A stretch of 64,000 bases of DNA from the human T2T-CHM13v2.0 reference genome, Homo sapiens, in assembly GCF_009914755.1 (NCBI RefSeq), contig NC_060933.1; one strand, written 5' to 3'. Numbering within the stretch: the stretch's first letter is position 1; every line of letters starts with the position of its first letter. The translations under genes and the position numbers were made by a program. The notes under the pieces were generated by a model. That model was not told the DNA's origin, made no database searches, and worked only from the letters and a program-made list of their open reading frames with translations. Below are positions 57,101 through 64,000 of the stretch, in pieces.

Positions 57101-58880
57101 TTCCAATCAAGTTGATTCCATTCCATTCCATTCCATTGCATTCCATTCCATTCCACTCCATTCCAGTCCTTTCCATTCCATTCAACTCGGGTTGATTCCA
57201 ATGTATTCCTTTCCATTCCATTCCATTCCATTGCAATCGAGTTGATTCCATTGCTTTGCATTCCATTCCATTCCATTCCATTCCGGATGATTCCATTCCA
57301 TTGCATTCCATTCCATTCCATTCCCCTGCACTCGGGTTGATTCCATTCCATTCCACTCCATTCCATTCCATTCCATTCCATTGCATTCCATTCCATTCCC
57401 CTGCACTCGGGTTGATTCCATTCCATTCCATTCCATTCCATTCCATTCCATTCCATTCCTTTCCATTGCATTACGGATGATTCCATTCCATTGCATTCCA
57501 TTCCATTGCATTCCCCTGTACTCGGGTTGATTCCATTCCATTCCATTCCAATCCATGCCATTCCACTCGTGTTGATTCCATTCTTTCCATTCCATTCAAG
57601 TTGAATCCATTCCATTGCATTCCATTCCATTCGATTCCATTCGATTGCACTCGGGGTGATTCCATTCCATTGCATTCCATTCCATTCCATTCCATTCCAT
57701 TCCATTCCATTCTGTTCCATTCCATTCCATTACATTCGGATTGATTCTATTCAATTCCCTTACACTCCATTACATTACATTCCATTCGGGTAATTTCCAT
57801 TCCATTCCATTCCATTCCTCTCCATTCCATTGAACTCGGGTTGATTCCATTCCATTGCATTCCATTCCATTCCATTCAATTACATTCCGTTCCATTCCAT
57901 TCCATTACATTCGGATTGATTCTATTCAACTCCATTACTCTCCATTACATTCCATTCCATTCGGGTTGTTCCATTCCATTCCATTCCATTCCACTCCATT
58001 CCATTGCACTCGGGTTGATTCCATTCCATTCCATTCCATTCCATTCCATTCCATTCCATTCCGGAAGATTCCATTCCATTGCATTCCATTCCATTCCATT
58101 CCCCTGCACTCGCGTTGATTCCATTCCATTCCATTCCATTCCATTCCATTCCCCTGCACTCGCGTTGATTCCATTCCATTCCATTCCATTCCATTCCATT
58201 CCATTCCGTTCCGTTCCGTTCCATTCCATTCCATTCCATTCCATTCCATTCCGTTCCGTTCCATTCCATTCCATTCCATTCTATTTGGGTTAATTCCATT
58301 CCATTCCATTCGATTGCAATCGAGTTGATTCCATTCCATTCCATTCCATTCCATTCCATTCCATTCCATTCCTTTCCATTCCATTACGGATGATTCCATT
58401 CCATTGCATTCCATTCCATTCCATTCCCCTGTACTCAGGTTGATTCCATTCCATTGCATTCCAATCCATGCCCTTCCACTCGTGTTGATTCCATTCTTTC
58501 CATTCCATTCAAGTTGAATCCATTCCATTGCATTCCATTCCATGCGATTCCATTCGATTGCACTCGGGTTGATTCCATTCCATTGCATTCCATTCCATTC
58601 CATTCCATTCCATTCCATTCCATTCCATTCCGTTCCATTCCATTCCATTACATTCGGATTGATTCTATTCAATTCCCTTACACTCCATTACATTCCATTC
58701 CATTCGGGTAGTTTCCATTCCATTCCATTGCATTCCTCTCCATTCCATTGCACTCGGGTTGATTCCATTCCATTGCATTCCATTCCATTCCATTCAACTC
58801 GATTCCTTTCCATTCCATTCCATTACATTCGGATTGATTCTATTCAACTCCCTTACTCTCCATTACATTCCATTCCATTC
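51130..58880. repeat. Two copies of a ~3.87-3.88-kb unit
   Basis: ORF offsets are 3871-3881 (51159/55040, 51700/55571, 52327/56198, 53965/57841). Confidence 0.88.
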
Positions 58881-60060
58881 GGGTTGTTCCATTCCATTCC
58901 ATTCCATTCCACTCCATTCCATTGTACTCGGCTTTATTCCATACCATTCCATTCCATTCCATTCAATTCCATTCCATTCCGGAAGATTCCATTCCATTTC
59001 ATTCCATTCCATTCCATTCCCCTGCACTCGCGTTGATTCCATTCCATTCCATTCCATTCCATTCCATTCCGTTCCGTTCCATTCCATTCCATTCCATTCC
59101 ATTCCATTCCGTTCCGTTCCATTCCATTCCATTCCATTCTATTCGGGTTAATTCCATTCCATTCCATTCGATTGCAATCGAGTTGATTCCATTCCATTCC
59201 ATTCCATTCCATTCCATTCCTTTCCATTCCATTACGGATGATTCCATTCCATTGCATTCCATTCCATTCCATTCCCCTGTACTCGGGTTGATTCCATTCC
59301 ATTCCATTCCAATCCATGCCATTCCACTCGTGTTGATTCCATTCTTTCCATTCCATTCAAGTTGAATCCATTCCATTGCATTCCATTCCATTCCATTCCC
59401 CTGCAGTCGGGTTGATTCCATTCCATTCCATTCCATTCCATTCCATTCCATTCCATTCCAATCAAGTTGATTCCATTCCATTCCATTCCATTGCATTCCA
59501 TTCCATTCCACTCCATTCCAGTCCTTTCCATTCCATTCAACTCGGGTTGATTCCAATGTATTCCTTTCCATTCCATTCCATTCCATTGCAATCGAGTTGA
59601 TTCCATTGCTTTGCATTCCATTCCATTCCATTCCATTCCGGATGATTCCATTCCATTGCATTCCATTCCATTCCATTCCCCTGCACTCGGGTTGATTCCA
59701 TTCCATTCCACTCCATTCCATTCCATTCCATTCCATTGCATTCCATTCCATTCCCCTGCACTCGGGTTGATTCCATTCCATTCCATTCCATTCCATTCCA
59801 TTCCATTCCATTCCTTTCCATTCCATTACGGATGATTCCATTCCATTGCATTCCATTCCATTCCATTCCCCTGTACTCGGGTTGATTCCATTCAATTCCA
59901 TTCCAATCCATGCCACTCCAGTCGTGTTGATTCCATTCTTTCCATTCCATTCAAGTTGAATCCTTTCCATTGCATTCCATTCCATTCGATTCCATTCGAT
60001 TGCACTCGGGTTGATTCCATTCCATTGCATTCCATTCCATTCCATTCCATTCCATTCCAT
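56480..60060. repeat. ~2.36-kb period duplication overlapping the 3.87-kb and 3.58-kb layers
   Basis: ORF offsets are 2360 (56562/58922) and 2355 (57021/59376). Marker gtactcggctttattccatacc is shared. Confidence 0.8.
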
Positions 60061-63000
60061 TCCATTCCGTTCCATTCCATTTCATTACATTCAGATTGAT
60101 TCTATTCAATTCCCTTACACTCCATTATATTCCAATCCATTCTGGTTGTTTCCATTCCATTCCATTCCATTTCACTCCATTCCATTGCACTCGGGTTGAT
60201 TCCATTCCATTCCATTCCATTCCATTCCTTTCCATTCCATTACGGATGATTCCATTCCATTGCATTCCATTCCATTCCATTCCCCTGTACTGGGGTTGAT
60301 TCCATTCCATTCCATTCCAATCCATGCCATTCCACTCGTGTTGATTCCATTCTTTCCATTGCATTGAAGTTGAATCCATTCCATTGCATTCCATTCCATT
60401 CGATTCCATTCGATTGCACTCGGGTTGATTCCATTCCATTGCATTCCATTCCATTCCATTCCATTCCATTCCATTCCATTCCATTCCGTTCCATTCCATT
60501 TCATTACATTCAGATTGATTCTATTCAATTCCCTTACACTCCATTATATTCCAATCCATTCTGGTTGTTTCCATTCCATTCCATTCCTTTTCACTCGTGT
60601 TGATTCCATTCCTTTCCATTCCATTCGGTTTGAAGCCATTCCATTCCATTCAATTCCACTCCATTCCATTCCATTCCATTCCATTCCATTCCATTCCATT
60701 CCATTCCATTGTACTCGGGTTGATTCCATTCCATTGCATTCCATTCCATTCCATTCCATTCCGTTCCATTCCATTCCATTACATTCGGATTGATTCTATT
60801 CAACTCCGTTACTCTCCATTCCATTCCATTCCATTCGGGTTGTTCCATTCCATTCCATTCCATTCCACTCCATTCCATTGCACTCGGGTTGATTCCATTC
60901 CATTCCATTCCATTCCATTCCATTCCATTCCATTCCGGATGATTCCATTCCATTGCATTCCGTTCCATTACATTACCCTGCACTCGCGTTGATTCCATTC
61001 CATTGCATTCCACTCCATACCATTCCATTGCATTCCATTCCATTCCATTCCATTCCGGATGATTCCATTCCATTGCATTCCATTCCATTCCATTCCCCTG
61101 TACTCGGGTTGATTCCATTCCATTCCATTCCAATCCATGCCATTCCACTCGTGTTGATTCCATTCTTTCCATTCCATTCAAGTTGAATCCATTCCATTGC
61201 ATTCCATTCCATTCGATTCCATTCGATTGCACTCGGGGTGATTCCATTCCATTGCATTCCATTCCATTCCATTCCATTCCATTCCATTCCATTCTGTTCC
61301 ATTCCATTCCATTACATTCGGATTGATTCTATTCAATTCCCTTACACTCCATTACATTACATTCCATTCGGGTAATTTCCATTCCATTCCATTCCATTCC
61401 TCTCCATTCCATTGAACTCGGGTTGATTCCATTCCATTGCATTCCATTCCATTCCATTCAATTACATTCCGTTCCATTCCATTCCATTACATTCGGATTG
61501 ATTCTATTCAACTCCATTACTCTCCATTACATTCCATTCCATTCGGGTTGTTCCATTCCATTCCATTCCATTCCACTCCATTCCATTGCACTCGGGTTGA
61601 TTCCATTCCATTCCATTCCATTCCATTCCATTCCATTCCATTCCGGAAGATTCCATTCCATTGCATTCCATTCCATTCCATTCCCCTGCACTCGCGTTGA
61701 TTCCATTCCATTCCATTCCATTCCATTCCATTCCCCTGCACTCGCGTTGATTCCATTCCATTCCATTCCATTCCATTCCATTCCATTCCGTTCCGTTCCG
61801 TTCCATTCCATTCCATTCCATTCCATTCCATTCCGTTCCGTTCCATTCCATTCCATTCCATTCTATTTGGGTTAATTCCATTCCATTCCATTCGATTGCA
61901 ATCGAGTTGATTCCATTCCATTCCATTCCATTCCATTCCATTCCATTCCATTCCTTTCCATTCCATTACGGATGATTCCATTCCATTGCATTCCATTCCA
62001 TTCCATTCCCCTGTACTCAGGTTGATTCCATTCCATTGCATTCCAATCCATGCCCTTCCACTCGTGTTGATTCCATTCTTTCCATTCCATTCAAGTTGAA
62101 TCCATTCCATTGCATTCCATTCCATGCGATTCCATTCGATTGCACTCGGGTTGATTCCATTCCATTGCATTCCATTCCATTCCATTCCATTCCATTCCAT
62201 TCCATTCCATTCCGTTCCATTCCATTCCATTACATTCGGATTGATTCTATTCAATTCCCTTACACTCCATTACATTCCATTCCATTCGGGTAGTTTCCAT
62301 TCCATTCCATTGCATTCCTCTCCATTCCATTGCACTCGGGTTGATTCCATTCCATTGCATTCCATTCCATTCCATTCAACTCGATTCCTTTCCATTCCAT
62401 TCCATTACATTCGGATTGATTCTATTCAACTCCCTTACTCTCCATTACATTCCATTCCATTCGGGTTGTTCCATTCCATTCCATTCCATTCCACTCCATT
62501 CCATTGTACTCGGCTTTATTCCATACCATTCCATTCCATTCCATTCAATTCCATTCCATTCCGGAAGATTCCATTCCATTTCATTCCATTCCATTCCATT
62601 CCCCTGCACTCGCGTTGATTCCATTCCATTCCATTCCATTCCATTCCATTCCGTTCCGTTCCATTCCATTCCATTCCATTCCATTCCATTCCGTTCCGTT
62701 CCATTCCATTCCATTCCATTCTATTCGGGTTAATTCCATTCCATTCCATTCGATTGCAATCGAGTTGATTCCATTCCATTCCATTCCATTCCATTCCATT
62801 CCTTTCCATTCCATTACGGATGATTCCATTCCATTGCATTCCATTCCATTCCATTCCCCTGTACTCGGGTTGATTCCATTCCATTCCATTCCAATCCATG
62901 CCATTCCACTCGTGTTGATTCCATTCTTTCCATTCCATTCAAGTTGAATCCATTCCATTGCATTCCATTCCATTCCATTCCCCTGCAGTCGGGTTGATTC

Positions 63001-64000
63001 CATTCCATTCCATTCCATTCCATTCCATTCCATTCCATTCCAATCAAGTTGATTCCATTCCATTCCATTCCATTGCATTCCATTCCATTCCACTCCATTC
63101 CAGTCCTTTCCATTCCATTCAACTCGGGTTGATTCCAATGTATTCCTTTCCATTCCATTCCATTCCATTGCAATCGAGTTGATTCCATTGCTTTGCATTC
63201 CATTCCATTCCATTCCATTCCGGATGATTCCATTCCATTGCATTCCATTCCATTCCATTCCCCTGCACTCGGGTTGATTCCATTCCATTCCACTCCATTC
63301 CATTCCATTCCATTCCATTGCATTCCATTCCATTCCCCTGCACTCGGGTTGATTCCATTCCATTCCATTCCATTCCATTCCATTCCATTCCATTCCTTTC
63401 CATTCCATTACGGATGATTCCATTCCATTGCATTCCATTCCATTCCATTCCCCTGTACTCGGGTTGATTCCATTCAATTCCATTCCAATCCATGCCACTC
63501 CAGTCGTGTTGATTCCATTCTTTCCATTCCATTCAAGTTGAATCCTTTCCATTGCATTCCATTCCATTCGATTCCATTCGATTGCACTCGGGTTGATTCC
63601 ATTCCATTGCATTCCATTCCATTCCATTCCATTCCATTCCATTCCATTCCGTTCCATTCCATTTCATTACATTCAGATTGATTCTATTCAATTCCCTTAC
63701 ACTCCATTATATTCCAATCCATTCTGGTTGTTTCCATTCCATTCCATTCCATTTCACTCCATTCCATTGCACTCGGGTTGATTCCATTCCATTCCATTCC
63801 ATTCCATTCCTTTCCATTCCATTACGGATGATTCCATTCCATTGCATTCCATTCCATTCCATTCCCCTGTACTGGGGTTGATTCCATTCCATTCCATTCC
63901 AATCCATGCCATTCCACTCGTGTTGATTCCATTCTTTCCATTGCATTGAAGTTGAATCCATTCCATTGCATTCCATTCCATTCGATTCCATTCGATTGCA
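57510..64000. repeat. 3582-bp unit, near-identical copies, second copy truncated by the window end
   Basis: ORF pairs sit at exactly +3582 (57841/61423, 58999/62581, 60096/63678). Confidence 0.9.

Larger units (their letters stand above)
1..64000. repeat. Human/primate Satellite 3 (HSat3/SatIII) pericentromeric array, HSat3B-like
   Basis: Continuous (CATTC)n/(GGAAT)n pentamer with recurrent CAACCCGAGT, CAACACGAGT and CAACTCGATT interruptions. The HSat2-type CATTCGATGATG unit does not dominate, and no non-satellite sequence is visible. Confidence 0.97.
47712..64000 (-). repeat. HSat3 block 3: CATTC on + strand
   Basis: The + strand reads aggttgattccattcc... from 47712 to the end of the window. 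Confidence 0.96.

Noticed and set aside
1-64000. Hundreds of ORFs (MEWNG.../HSIPF...) as protein-coding genes
   Set aside because: They are an automatic result of a stop-free pentamer repeat, present in all frames and on both strands, with no domain-like complexity.
1-64000. CRISPR-like or other repeat-spacer system (modules between pentamer runs)
   Set aside because: The interspersed modules are a small recurring set of pentamer-derived variants rather than unique spacers. There are no cas or other genes, and the context is eukaryotic satellite.
57510-64000. Y-chromosome DYZ1 because of the ~3.6-kb period
   Set aside because: The period is local (under 2 copies here) among many others. CAACCCGAGT-rich modules and strand switches fit HSat3B-type arrays better, though alignment is needed to be sure.
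1-64000. Satellite 2 (HSat2)
   Set aside because: Pure pentamer runs dominate, and CATTCGATTC is only sporadic.

Overview
The whole 64-kb window is primate, almost certainly human, classical Satellite 3 (HSat3/SatIII). It is a diverged (CATTC)n/(GGAAT)n pentamer array interspersed with CAAC(C/A/G/T)CGAGT-type modules, as in HSat3B arrays such as 9q12; the chromosome assignment is inference. I see no genes, RNA genes, transposons or unique DNA, and all listed ORFs are pentamer artefacts (MEWNG/HSIPF). The structure is in the repeat itself. (i) Two strand switches at ~4880 and ~47711 enclose a ~42.8-kb block of opposite polarity, and each junction has its own hairpin or microhomology signature. 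(ii) A ~2-kb mirror duplication lies near the first junction, with its axis offset ~500 bp from it. (iii) There are nested, near-identical tandem duplications with periods of ~1.88, 4.43, 8.46, 2.14, 0.98, 3.87, 2.36 and 3.58 kb. (iv) A recurring module forms a perfect heat-shock element (GAAnnTTCnnGAA, roughly 45 copies by eye), and a 14-bp palindrome also recurs. Periods come from offsets between identical ORF translations plus by-eye checks, so boundaries are approximate.
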